Origin: Octopus vulgaris
Taxonomy: Eukaryota
NCBI GenBank assembly: GCA_951406725.2
Contig: OX597833.1
Location: 47,802,001-47,866,000, forward strand
DNA: 64,000 nucleotides
Direction of reading: 5' to 3'
Numbering within the stretch: position 1 is the first letter of the stretch; each line of letters begins with the position of its first letter. The notes beneath the pieces were generated by a model. That model was not told the DNA's origin. It ran no database searches and saw only the letters and a list, made by a program, of their open reading frames with translations. The translations under genes and the position numbers were made by a program. Of the stretch, positions 12,063 to 24,577 are shown piece after piece.

Positions 12063-14156
12063 CTGAAATGCAAAAGAAGTACTGTTTTAAAAAAAGTGTC
12101 TAAAACAAAACACATGTGCGTCTATGTGCGCATGTTGGAAAGTTGTAATTTCAAATGAAAAAAATATAATAATTAACCTTTGCTTAGAACTCCATGTAAA
12201 CCTATGTCTGTCCAACTTTTATTAAAATACTGAACATAATTTGTCATACAATTTTCATTTGGTATTAAATACATGTGAACAGAATACAGTGTGTATATCC
12301 AAGATCAGAATAAAACTGGAGATTCAGTTACCAAATTTAATAAACAGCTAATATTTAGCCACATTCTAACCGTACTGTAAACAATCAGAGACTTTTCATC
12401 ACTTCAGTTTTGTTCCAAAAAGAATTCCAAATGTTTTGACTGTATAAAATTGATTACAAGTTTTACAGCCCATGAAGGAAATTATATTACATCATCATCA
12501 TCGTTTAACGTCCGTTTTCCGCGCTAGCACGGGTTGGACAGTTCGACTGGGGTCTGGGGAGCCAGGGGCTGCTCCAGGCTCCAGCCTGATCTGGCAGTGT
12601 TTCTACAGCTGGATGCCCTTCCTAACGCCAACCACTCCGCGAGTGTAGTGGGTGCTTTTTACGTGCCACCTGCACAGGTGCCAGACGGGTCTGGCATCGG
12701 CCACGATCGGTTGGTGCTTTTTATGTGCCACCGGCACAGAAGCCAGTCGAGATGTACATATCAATTAGAATTTGCAAATATGCATAAGAAATAAAGTTTT
12801 TAAAAATCCATCTATTAATAACTTTCATAGAAAAACTTCTTTGGATATTGATAGTTGGAGAGAAATTATAGGCATTTTATGGATTTTTGGTCATTTAAGA
12901 CAATGATTTAAAAAGTTCTACTAAAGATACAGGTCACGATATTAAAAGAGTTTATCATAAGGGACAATTCCAAAAATGTATTAAGAGCTTACACAATTTT
13001 GTGAGCTATTAAGAATCTGTTGGCTTTGAACAAAAAAAATCTTTTCATCAATAAAAATGTAAAAGAAACTAAAAATAGAATAAAATAACACTTCAGAGGA
13101 AATTCACAAAATTATCATCACTTAACATCCACTTTCACATCCTTCCTAAAGCCAACCACTTTACAAGAGTATACTGGATGCTTTTTACACTGCACTGGCT
13201 CTAATAAAGTCACCAAGTAACTCGCAAGACCCACAGCCATGGGGGTATAGGAATGAGGAAGGCTAAAGTATGAGAAAGGAAATGGTATCTTTTGCAATAT
13301 AGTAGATGCATGGCTACAACAATTATTTAATACTATAATGCAATTAGATTAATCTAGAAACAAACCAAAGCTGTAGAGTTCAGATTAAAATATTAGTTTC
13401 TAACATAAGAACAAGGTGTGAAACTGAGGAGAGAGGCACAGGTGATTTACACTGGTCCTTGTACTTCAATGGCACATATTATGCCAACTCTGCAGTGAAA
13501 GACAAAGCAAAACTGAGAATAAAAAAGAAGTATAACTAATACTGCATGTCATTTTGGCCAATTCCATCTATCTACAACTTTGAAACATTAAAAAGTATTT
13601 GTTAAACCTAGATATTTGGTTATCCTTATATTTGGCCAAGGTGTAGTTGTGGTTGTGTAGTTTCTGGTTCAATTCTACTGCATGGCGTAATAAGTAAGTG
13701 TAGTAGACACTAGTCCCAGGCCATCCAAAGCCTTGTGAGTGGATTTGGTAAGCAGAAACTAAAGAACCTCTCTCTCTCTCTGTCTCCTTGTCTAAATAAT
13801 ATGTGATTGTTGTAAATCAATGTCATTTATTTCCAATATTCTGTGAAAACATGTCTGACCATGGGGAAATATTTACCTTACTTAGAAACAGTTACAGGTT
13901 GGCAACAGGAAGGGCATCCAGCTATAGAAAATGTGCCTCAATAAACAGTATCCAACCCATGCAAACATGGAAAAGTGAATATTAAATTTATGATAATGAA
14001 TGATGATAATCTTTGTCGACCAAAATATATTCGACTTTTTATATATATGCTTCATGGGGAACTGCTTAAAAAGATTAAATGAAATAAAAGATGGTTCCAG
14101 CAAGAAAATGGAACACTAGAGAAAAAGATTAAGATTGTTAAATTAAACTTGCTTAC

Positions 14157-14267
14157 CTCATGCTGGCCTGCACTACCACACAAGTAACACATAGTGCGAA
14201 CACATAAAGGTGTAGAAACAAGGATAGCTAAACCCTGCTCCCATACACGACATAAATCACAATCATC
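14157..14267 (-). CDS. KMT2A: KMT2A exon 9 (start of PHD1)
   Basis: Encodes DDCDLCRVWEQGLAILVSTPLCVRTMCYLCGSAGQHE (MLL1 EDCEAENVWEMGGL...CFLCASSGHVE). Canonical splice sites. Confidence 0.92.
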
Positions 14268-14474
14268 CTGAAAGAGAACAAATATTTTTAATTTTAAAAA
14301 AAAATCAAATCATGATGAAACAAGGAGTAATAAAAAAAGCATGTAAAAGTTTAACCCCTTAGCATTTAAACTAGCACAAATGTTCTGCTTGTATTAGGTT
14401 CAAACATGCCTGATCTGGCCTCTTACACTTTTGCTACAAAGTCATTCTAAAAATAAACTATCTAAATAAATAAA

Positions 14475-14954
14475 GGCACACTCGCAAAGAGCACCATACA
14501 ACTGTGATCGTTGACAGAGCGGCTATTCGAGTATGATCGTTACCAGCGTCGCCTTACTGGCACTCATGCCTGTGCTAGTAGGGTGCCAAGAACACCATCC
14601 GAGCGTGATCGTTGCCAGAGCAGCCAACTGGCTTCTGTACCCGTGGCACGTAAAAGGTCACCATTAAAGCGTGATCGTTACCAATGTCACTTCACTGGCA
14701 CCTGTGTCGGTGGCACGTATAAAAAGATTCATGCGAGGTCATTGCCAGTACCGCCTGACTGGCCCCCGTGCAGGTGGCACGTAAAAAGCACCCACTACAC
14801 TCTCGGAGTGGTTGGCGTTAGGAAGGGCATTCCAGCAGTAGAAACTCTGCCAGATCAAGACTGGAGCCTGGTGCAGTCATCTGGTTGCCAGTCCTCAGTC
14901 AAAACCGTCCAACCCATGCTAGCATGGAAAACGGACGTTAAATGATGATGATGA
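14475..14954 (+). mobile_element. RTE LINE 3'-UTR fragment with ~65-bp repeated modules, nested in a piggyBac-type MITE
   Basis: Same 3' end as the 47600-50047 LINE (ggttggcgttaggaagggcatccag...ccatgctagcatggaaaacggacgttaaatgatgatg). Confidence 0.85.
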
Positions 14955-16605
14955 TTGCATTTGACAGAGTAATTATGAATACTGAATGGTTAAATGGGCA
15001 CATGTTGAAAGGGTTAACACAGGGCTTTTAATAAAGCTGTGTGGTTAAGAACCTTACTTCCCAAACAACACATCTAGGGTTCAGTCACATAACATGGCAC
15101 TTGGCTAGTGTTTTCTACTAGAGATCTAGGCCAACCAAAGCCTTGTGAGTGGGTTTTAGAGACAGAAACTGAAAAAGCTTGTTGTATATGTGTGCTTCTT
15201 TGTATCCTTGATCTGACTTTATATGACAGTTATAAGCAAGCATCATCACCATACAGGTGATGTCTTGTTTCCAACCTTCCATAAACACAGTTTACGGGGA
15301 AATATTATACCATACTAGAAGACAGACAAGGGTTGGTAGCTGGAAGGGCATACAACCAAAGAAGAATCCACCTCAACATATTCCATCTGACGCATGCAAG
15401 CATTGGAGAAGTGGACGTTAAAATGACTATGATGACCATCATCATCTTGTTAACTTCAAAAAAGTTTTTAATCTATGTGACATGGAACTGGGTTACAAAA
15501 GTCTTCAAACCAACGTGGATTAGTATCAAAATTTCATTAGCTGTAATAACCACTCGGTGGTGGAGTAAAATAAACAATGAAAATGATATTGTTTGGAACA
15601 CCAAACTCCTAATTCAATTCTATATTTCTGAAATGAGGAATTTATATTATGTATTGGTCGGGGTGGTGCCCTCATCTTGGTTGTTGCTTTCACTACACTT
15701 CAGCTGTGTAACCTCCAGCCTTCTTAATGTCTCTTGTGATTCTCCTTAGTGCAGTTACCTAAAGATTCTTAGTTCAATCCCAGGCAAAATACTAAGGTGA
15801 ATCACAAGACAGCTGAAATGTAGTGAAAGCAACAATCAAGATGAGGACATGACTCCAACTAACATTAAGATTCTTGTTTCAATAGTTGTTCCACGAAAAT
15901 TCAAATAAAAATTCATGCATTTCTAAAACACTGTAAGTAAGGTATCAATATGTTCAAGAAATATGACAGAAATATTTGTCATCACATATAATATTCACAG
16001 ATTTTCTTCCAACTGTACATAATTAAAATGTAAATAAATGGATCACAGTTAAACGTTCCAATCACAAGTTTTCAGTTGCTCAACCAACTGTACTACAGGG
16101 CATGTCAAGTTAATGCACAAGTGGCTGAATATTCTACAGACATGTACCAATATTGTAATTTTAGGACAGAATCAGCATAACACAGCGTGCCAAGGCTGGA
16201 TCCAAGAATTACAGGTACACCTTGTTATAAAGGAAAAGTTATAAAAATGGAAGTTAAACTTCAACAAGGATCTATTCTGAAACATCTTGTATTTGTTTTT
16301 GAATGCTAAATAAAAGTAACAAATTTGATTATCATTTAATTCATGATCTGATTCTCATTTCAGTGTATTATGTGGGTGTAGGCCTGACTGTGTGGTTAAG
16401 AAGCCCATTTTGCAATCATGTGGTTTCAGCTTTAACTTCATTGTGTGGCACCTTGGGCAATTATCTTCCACAATAGACTCAGGTCAGTCAATGCCATGTG
16501 AGTGAATTTGATAGATGGAAACTGTGAAAATCCCCATTGAATGTGTGTGTGTGTGTGTGTGTCTGTCTCCCACTACCACTTGACAACTGGTGCTGGTTTG
16601 TTTAA

Positions 16606-16825
16606 CCCTTTCGTTACCAACCCGGCTGAAACCGGCTCTGGTTCTGAGTACAAATGTCCTATTTTCAAAAGTTTTGAATTAAAATCTTCCACCAAACCTT
16701 AGTCACAATTTATGTTCCTAACACTAGCTGAAAGATAGCTAAGTTATTTTACTAAATTCTTTGTTATATTTAAAGTAATTGAAAGAAACACAGAGCATCT
16801 CAAAATAAATACAATAACGAAAGGG
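16606..16825 (+). mobile_element. piggyBac-type MITE family A, nested in a SINE
   Basis: TTAA|CCCTTTCGTTA...TAACGAAAGGG|TTAA. Confidence 0.85.
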
Positions 16826-16994
16826 TTAAGTTCCCATAACAGTTCGGCACAAAAGATCGCTAGGATAAGTACCAGACTTAAAAATTAAACACTAGGGTCC
16901 AATTTGTTTGACTAAACCCATCGAGGCTAAAACAAGTAAAAAAAAATGATAAAAAGCCTGAGTAAGCTTTCAAAAATAATAAATGAAATCTTAC

Positions 16995-17177
16995 CTTATA
17001 ATCAACCTTGATACGGTATGCTGTTGGAGAGTACATGTAATCCTGACTAGTCCATTTGCGCATTGCAATATGTTCAAGATTCTTTGAGCTCAAAAACCCA
17101 GCTGCTCCTGAAAACATTGGTGGTGCTTGAACGTACATGTTCACAGAATCCGTAGACTTGCCATAGAGGGTCACTGC
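16995..17177 (-). CDS. KMT2A: KMT2A exon 8
   Basis: Encodes AVTLYGK...AYRIKVDYK (MLL1 HRIRVDFK). ctgctag| acceptor, |gtaaga donor, 183 nt. Confidence 0.87.
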
Positions 17178-17468
17178 CTAGCAGAAAGGACATTCACACA
17201 TTTACAGCTCCACACAATGAGGTTCAATTAAATAAAGGAGTCAAAAATATTAGAATAAAATTTTCTTTGAAACAACATGAAATCTTTTCATAAAAACTAA
17301 GTCTTTACCTGCTGGAGCACTGGAAGTAAAAATATTTGTTGATCATGCATGTACCTTCATACATTATTCAAAGTGAAGGTATATATTTTTTTGAAGCCTG
17401 TGTTGCCTTGTCTATATGTTGAAAGACATACAGAAACACACACACACACACACACAACCAAAAAAAGC

Positions 17469-17504
<36 letters not shown>

Positions 17505-18942
17505 CAGAAACTTAAGTCTTTATTTTTTTTGAGGTCTGTGTTGTGTTGACAGACTTGCATTAAAAATTAGTTACTAAGGTGACAACACTACCTATTTAAC
17601 TAACTTTCACATACACACTCTCTCTCTTTCTCAATGTATTTCTTTCAACAACTTTTTCTCCACCCCTCCTTCCCTCTCTCTACACAGATGTTACAGACAG
17701 ACAGAGATCAGCTTCTATTTTATAATACTAGCCTTGAGGCCGCCCAAAGGGCAGCAATCAGGTTAGCTCCTGCAGAGAGCACCTTTGAGGCCTTCAGTCC
17801 AACTATCGGGCCACTTCACGACCCTCTACCCTTGTGTAATGTAATGGACTTAGACACATTCCTTGTATATATCTCCTGGTATTAATTATCTGATACCTCA
17901 TTCCAAACTCCCTACTTGACATATATCCACACAACCATACCCGTACAATCAATACCTATACTTCACTCAAACCCATACCTAAAACCCATGTCCCATTAAC
18001 TTGTTCATTCAACATGTAACATGAATTCCATCTCTGTAACAGTGTGTCAGTATATAAACCCTTGGACCACTTTCTGCCAGCTTTGCTGATAGACATACAG
18101 CTAGTTTCTAGCCTTGAAGCCACTCTTCAGGTGGCATTCAGGCTAGCTCCTGAGGAGGGCTTCTTGGAATTTTGTAGGGTATTCAGGTAGGAAAAATTCT
18201 AGAACTCTGGGGCTGAAGGTCCAAGCACCAATATGTAACCGGAACAGGAAGATTAGTTTTCCACGTAGACCTAAGTTTCGTAAACTACAAAATATAAATA
18301 TCCACACTACCACACTTAAAACATACCTTGTTATAACTCTTTATCTCGATTTGCACGTGAAAGTATTTAGAATGCCCAAACTCATTTCTGCAAATGTGCT
18401 AAGCACTGATGCTGATCATAGTTTAATCAATAAGTGTATGAGCAAGGTAAATGCAGTAAAAATAGAAAGGTCACTGGGGCCCTGTTTAAGGAGCCCTTCA
18501 GAAATTGAACCTCCTTATGATACTCCCTGGGAGTTCATAGTATGAAATTCATTGTCATTGCTCCGATTTGGTCGCCAAATGCAATAAAATAGGGGGCTGT
18601 CAGTGGGACCCTAATTAGGTGGCCCTTAAAAAAACAGACTCCCTTAGGACATTCCCTAGGATTATGGGAGTTGCTGGTTTGAGTTTTACTGTCCTTGCAC
18701 CAAAGGTCTAGGAGGAGTTAACGAACATAAAAACGTAACAAACACAGAAACATCACTCAAATTTATATTAAGATAAGATTATGAGAAAAAAGTACACTAA
18801 CAATATTTTTCTTGCAGTAGAAATATCTGTTTTGTTAAATAATATTAAGTTGAAAACAATAGTTTTGTACAAGGAGCATTTTTATTATGTTTTTTTTTTA
18901 ATGAAATTTATTCCTAAAGACAGTTATACTTTTTATCCTCAC

Positions 18943-19225
18943 CTTTTCTTTGGTCCTTTTCTTCAGTTGTTGAAAAAGAAACTGTCTCTTTAGTTTAACA
19001 TTAGGTTTGCTGAGTTTGGGTTGATACCCGGGAGAAGTGCCACTGTCTAGCTGTCCACCACCACTGCCACCACTTCCAGCTCCCCTTCGGTGACATCGTT
19101 GGCTGTTTGATGATATGTTGCATTGTGCATCTGAATCAACTTTGTTCTCAGAACTCTCTTTTTTGGGTGTGATGAAAGAATTTGTCGCGAATTTTGTATA
19201 GCGTGGGAATTTACAACGTCGATTA
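18943..19225 (-). CDS. KMT2A: KMT2A exon 7 (end of CXXC, linker)
   Basis: Encodes NRRCKFPRYTKF...KRTKEK. ttcag| acceptor, AAG|gtgagg donor, phases match neighbours. Confidence 0.85.
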
Positions 19226-19893
19226 CTGAAAAAGAACATATAATCATTTTTAAATGATTTCATCTATTTTTTTAACTAAACAGTCCAATATATAGAGAGG
19301 GAGGCTGGTATGCATGAACAATTAATGGCCCTTCATAAACAACCTTGCCCGGACTTGTGCCTTGGAGGGGAACTTTCTATGTGCAATCCTATGGTCATTA
19401 GTGACCAAAAGGGTTTTTACCTACTATAATTTATTGTAATATTACTATCAGTGCCATAAGAGTACCACATATAGTAATATGCTGAGCAGTAATTAATTTT
19501 GTTGATTTATGGCAGAGTTGAAATCCTGCCAGTCAGCTTCAACATTACATTTTAATCAACTGTTGGTCTACAAGAAATATTTTATTCAGTAAAACACACT
19601 AAAGCTGTTCCAACACATCATCTATTACATCATCGTTTAACATCCGTTTTAAATGCTGGCATGGGCTGGACAGTTTGACTGAGGTCTGGAGAGCCAGTGG
19701 CTGCACCAGGCTCCATTATATTACAAAATATATACAATAGAAATTTATAAAGGACCAAGGGGCATCACCAAAACCCAAGTAATGAGGTGAACAGAGATGA
19801 CAACTACAGGACTTTTCAATTAATATAAGACATATTTCTAAATACAAAAAGAATTAGAAGAGATGTGTTTTCGGGGAAAACAAATTAACTTAC

Positions 19894-19941
19894 ATGCAGG
19901 CTTGCTTGATAACATTTTTGCCACCATATTTTGGTTTGTCA
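19894..19941 (-). CDS. KMT2A: KMT2A exon 6 (48-nt CXXC core exon)
   Basis: Encodes DKPKYGGKNVIKQAC (MLL1 DKPKFGGRNIKKQCC). ttacag| acceptor, |gtaagt donor, phase 2/2. Confidence 0.93.
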
Positions 19942-20686
19942 CTGTAATTAAAAAAAAAGTTAAAATAACTTACATAACTAACATTTAAATAACTAAATAT
20001 TAGTTATACAAAGAGATTATTTTTTGTTTTCCAAATTGAGTGAAAATAAAAAATAAATTTAAACATCCAGTTCTATGATTTCAAAATAAATTTTAGATAT
20101 ATTGATAATTACAATATTTTAGAAACACATTTTATATTTCCTTTTAAAAGCCACTACAAACTTAAAAGCAAAAAGACAAAAAATAGATTAAAATATCTCT
20201 TATAGAATATGAATCATTATCAAAAATATCCACCACTATTTACGTCAGAGCAGATGAATCAATTTAACAGAAAAAGGAGACAGAGAAGAAATTATTTAAA
20301 ATAACTTGAAAATTATACAATCAACCAAAAGCAGAATACAAGACACCAAAGAAAGCCCAGAAGCTGGTAACAGACAATATTTAGACTAAAAATATTATTC
20401 ACTGTAAATAAGCTATCAAATTATTTTTGATATAAAATTTAAGAACAAATTAAAGCTAAAATAAAGAAAAAGACACAATTTCTGCAGCAGAAAAAAATGA
20501 TAAATAGAAGTCACTGATCAAAACAAGGAAATATATATATTTTTTAGAAGCTATATTTTTTCATGGCTTAGTCAAGGGAGAAAGGGCAGTATTCACCTCA
20601 CCAGACTCCATTCAAGTTCTCTAGGACAAGAGGGAGAAAGTAATTCACAGCCCAATTACCTGGTGCAAATGTTTGCAACAGTTTAA

Positions 20687-20895
20687 CCCTTTAGCATTTA
20701 AACAGGCCATATCTGGCCCAAATATTCTACCTGCTTCATGTTCAAACGGACCAGATCTGGCCTCTCACACCTACCCTACAATGTCATTCTAACATTCTAA
20801 AAATAAACAATCACATCATCAAAATCTCAAAGCTACAAGATAATGTAAATAAATAAGCAATACATTTTTGACAGAGTAATCTGAATGCTAAAGGG
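20687..20895 (+). mobile_element. piggyBac-type MITE family B
   Basis: TTAA|CCCTTTAGCATT...AATGCTAAAGGG|TTAT. Other copies at ~14355-14989 (interrupted) and ~51786-52005. Confidence 0.8.
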
Positions 20896-21685
20896 TTATA
20901 CTCCACTAAGTGCACTCAAGGGCTAGTTGGTGATGTTAAAATCAGGTGACTGATTAAGTGTATGTCTCAAAGAAACAAAGTCCATCTAGTGGACCTCCAC
21001 ATAGTACCTGTTACCAAATCTCACTGCCAAGGTTTTAGTTGACCAGAGGTTATAGTAGAAGAATACACTTGCCCAAGGTGCCATATGGTAGAACTGAACC
21101 TGAAACCACAAACTATATTTGACAGCTTATAATGTGCACATTTTTCAACAAAAAAAAATATCTTCCAGAAAATCAGCCAGCACCTTATAAACACAAAGTA
21201 AGTATTTAGGTTATTGGCAAAAAATGGTTCAGCAACAGATCTAACAAAACTGTAGTACACTTTATAAGTCATCCAGTAGTTTCTTATGCATCTTAAATAA
21301 AAGCCATTCAATACAGTAGTTGCTAGGAAAACTCCAAAACCACATAGCCCATATAAGTATCAAAAAAAGAAAAGATTAAATAAAGAGAATGTTTATATTC
21401 TTCAATTTTACAATAAATCAGAGCAAATACTGAACAGCAATATCTTGAAAATTGAAGATTTAATGGTCACAGCTAGGAAAAGAAAATTTAATTAACCTTC
21501 TACAAAACACCAGCAATTTACACCTCAGAAGACAGAAAAAAATGCTGAAGATTTTCCATTAGGAATCCGTCACTGCTGTGTAGTTATCATGCAGCTATTT
21601 CCATTTTTTATTCATTAACTGCAGGAATAACATTCCAGCTTTTATTCCTCTGTATTCTAATAATTCATTGATTCTCTAGATGAAT

Positions 21686-21966
21686 GGTTCTCAACCATTT
21701 TTTACCTGTAGACCCCTTTGATTACTATATTATTCGATGTTTAAAAACTAGCTTTATAGATATTTTTTTCAAAATTCCTATTTTGTTTTTTCCGCATGTT
21801 CCCTAGTATAGGTTTGCAAAAGCACTCTCTGAAAGAACACATTTCAGTTGCCAGAAAGATGCTAAACTATGTTAAATGAGTGAAAAGTAATCTAGCCGCT
21901 TCTTGCAATAAATACATCTAAAGCAATATTTTTTCATGGACCCTTAAAATGGTTGAGAAACATTGT
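21686..21966. mobile_element. Degenerate hAT-type MITE
   Basis: aatggttctcaaccatttt ... aaaatggttgagaaacattg inverted ends. A similar old element lies at ~10462-10639. Confidence 0.55.
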
Positions 21967-22463
21967 GTTAAATGAAGAAACAGGGTCAAACCCAATTTGA
22001 AGCACAAACATCAATTCATTAGTGTTTGTAAAGTATTACCGATGTATTCATCTATCTCACATCATGGGGGCTACACAGCCATAAAATTATCAAAAATAAA
22101 TTTTTACAGAAGTTCTAACTTATAGGATGTTGACAATATCTGTTGTTCATCATAGGTAGTTTGAGCATAAACATTAGATTTACAATACAACTGAAGTTAA
22201 AATAGGACAATAGGATGCTCTACCAATTATAAAATAATGTGACAAATCACTGACATACATTCAAGATTTGGGGAAAAAAACAAACAAGAAATGTCATAAA
22301 AACATGAAAGACAGCATTCATTATTAATTAAGGGGAATATTTATATCTTCTAAAAAAAAATTTTAATTATCTACTTTATTCTTGTTTTAAAAAAAAAATA
22401 GATAAAAAAAATGAATTTTACAAGCTGGTGAAGTCTTGACAAAATCCAATATTGGCCACTTAC

Positions 22464-22701
22464 AGACAATACACACAGACACCGCAGTCATCAGCCAGGC
22501 AGCCCTCACATTGTTTACAGCGCACCTTGCGACGGCGACGTAGTTTCAGAACACTTCCAGACTTGGTAGTAGTGCCCTTGTTACCAGTTGGAGTCCGGCA
22601 GGTGGAAGTATCATTTGCTGCGGAACTTGATTCACTCGGATTACAGACATTGTCTTCGCTATGAATGATTTCTTCTTTCAAGCATTTCTCATCAGAAATA
22701 T
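22464..22701 (-). CDS. KMT2A: KMT2A exon 5 (CXXC domain, first part)
   Basis: Encodes RRRRKVRCKQCEGCLADDCGVCVYCL. ttcttag| acceptor, CT|gtaagt donor. Confidence 0.92.
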
Positions 22702-23376
22702 CTAAGAAAAGAGAAACATTTTTATGCCTTATAAAGATCTGATCGTAATTGTTACAGTTGTTGGAAGTCAAAATAAACTAATACAAGTTTATTGTTTATA
22801 AACAGTAAAATTTTGCTAGTTCACTTTTAAACAAGTTGAAATATTTTATAAGATGAATAAAAGTTTTAAAACTCATCGTATATTAGCAATTTCATTTACT
22901 AAAATTTTAAACAGAAATATCAAGCAGCATAATAGCAAATATTTTAACAAATGCTCACCAGCTTAAAGTTGACTAAAGGTTGTATCTGATGAGCAGACTT
23001 GCTACACAGAACAGAAGACATCAACAATTCAAAATAAAGTATGCTAATAATTTTCTATTTCTTATAAAACATGTCAGATACCAAAGAAATTGAAACATGC
23101 TGAATAAGCTACATTAAAATTGCAGTACAAATACATTCTTTTTACAGATAATACGACCAAATAATATGAAATTGGTTGAATTCTAAATTTCAAAAATGAG
23201 ATATCACTGTAAATTTTTACAGTCCACTATTACCATGTATTGCTTTTTGTTTTCAGTATTTCCTAACTGTTTGACAAAAAGGTGAAAATTATGAAAAAAA
23301 TGTTTAAAAAATAAATAATAATAAAAATATGCCCATGGGCTAATCTAAAATGCAAATCAATTGCTTAAACAATTAC

Positions 23377-23661
23377 CTTTTGATCGTCTACTCCTGCGAT
23401 TATTTTGCTTATTTTTTGGTGACATTAACTGAACAAAATCTGCTTCATCGCAGCTAACTGCAGTAGATGATATTCCCTCTCCTTTTTTCACGGAGGGTGA
23501 GGATCTTTTTGCCGGAGAGAACACCAAATCGTTATCAGATAATTGTTTTTCACTGCTTGCAAGAGTAACTGCATCAATGTCACTGGGGAAAATCTCTTTA
23601 CATCGACGTAAACGGCAAGCATTGCACTGAGATTTGTTTAACCGAGTTATAGAACAGTTCC
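23377..23661 (-). CDS. KMT2A: KMT2A exon 4 (second NR-type zinc finger)
   Basis: Hand translation GNCSITRLNKSQCNACRLRRCKEIF..., open throughout. ttcttcag| acceptor, AAG|gtaatt donor, 285 nt, phase 1/1. Not in the ORF track. Confidence 0.88.
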
Positions 23662-24532
23662 CTGAAGAAAAAATACCAATGAATAATAAGTAACATCATA
23701 CATATACACACAATTTCCAAAGCAAGGTAACCTCTTAATTAAAATCTAACATTATAGTTTAAAGAAAATAAGTTCTCATACACAGAGCCAACATTAAAAC
23801 CCTATTTCCTATTATATGTTTGGCCAGCATTTATTTTACTTCACAATCACAAGAATAAAAATGCTTCAAAACTGCTTAATAGCTGCATGTTTAAAATGCT
23901 GGCTTTCTAACCAAGTGGTTCTAAGTTCAATCCCACAGCACAACAACTTAAGCAAGCATCTTCTATTATAATATTAGGTTAACCTGACGAGCGAGATTTC
24001 TTTGATTTAGAAGCTTTGCAGAATCTGGTCTTTTATACATCAATTTAACAACTGCATTTTCATGCAAGTATGGCATAGACAGAAGCTATCTGAAGCAGAA
24101 TTTTTATGGTTGCATGCCTTTCTCTTCACCAATCCCTACCTATTTTGCAAGAAAGGGAATTTTTATTCCAGACTAATTCAAAAGCACAGAGCTAGTGGAA
24201 GGTTTGCTGATAGTAAACATCAAAATGAGTCATTGGTTGCAACCTGGCTGCAAACGACATCTCATTTGTATCCTTATCTCAGCATAGGTTACTGACACAT
24301 ATACACATGAATGTATGTGTGTGTGTGTGCGTATATATATATATATATATAAATCTCTGAGCAAGGTATAAACAGTAGCAGCACAATGTCATGCTGCTAC
24401 TGTTTAAACCTCGCTCAGAGATTTATTGCTGCTTGTTTCCACTTTTTGGAGATCAGTGACTTTTCGTCACTGGAAAAAGTATATATATATATTTGCATTG
24501 AGAACCACTTCCCATCACCAACCGGTGATTGT

Positions 24533-24577
24533 CACACGCTGATGACAGGTCAATACCCAGAAACTCAGGTCCATGTG
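24533..24577 (+). ncRNA. Minimal type I hammerhead ribozyme (probably partly decayed)
   Basis: CACACG-CTGATGA-CAGGTCAATACCCA-GAAA-C-TCAG-GTC-CATGTG: full catalytic core, GUC cleavage triplet, helix I with one CpG-type mismatch, imperfect helix II. Confidence 0.65.

Noticed and set aside
14490-14795. Repeat-spacer appearance resembling a CRISPR array
   Set aside because: The context is eukaryotic, the repeats are degenerate, the variable parts are ~10 nt, there are no cas genes, and it is part of a LINE 3' UTR.
22980-23082. CTGATGAG ... AAAACATGTCAGATAC as another hammerhead
   Set aside because: There is no GAAA, no credible helix II over ~70 nt, and helix I would consume core bases.
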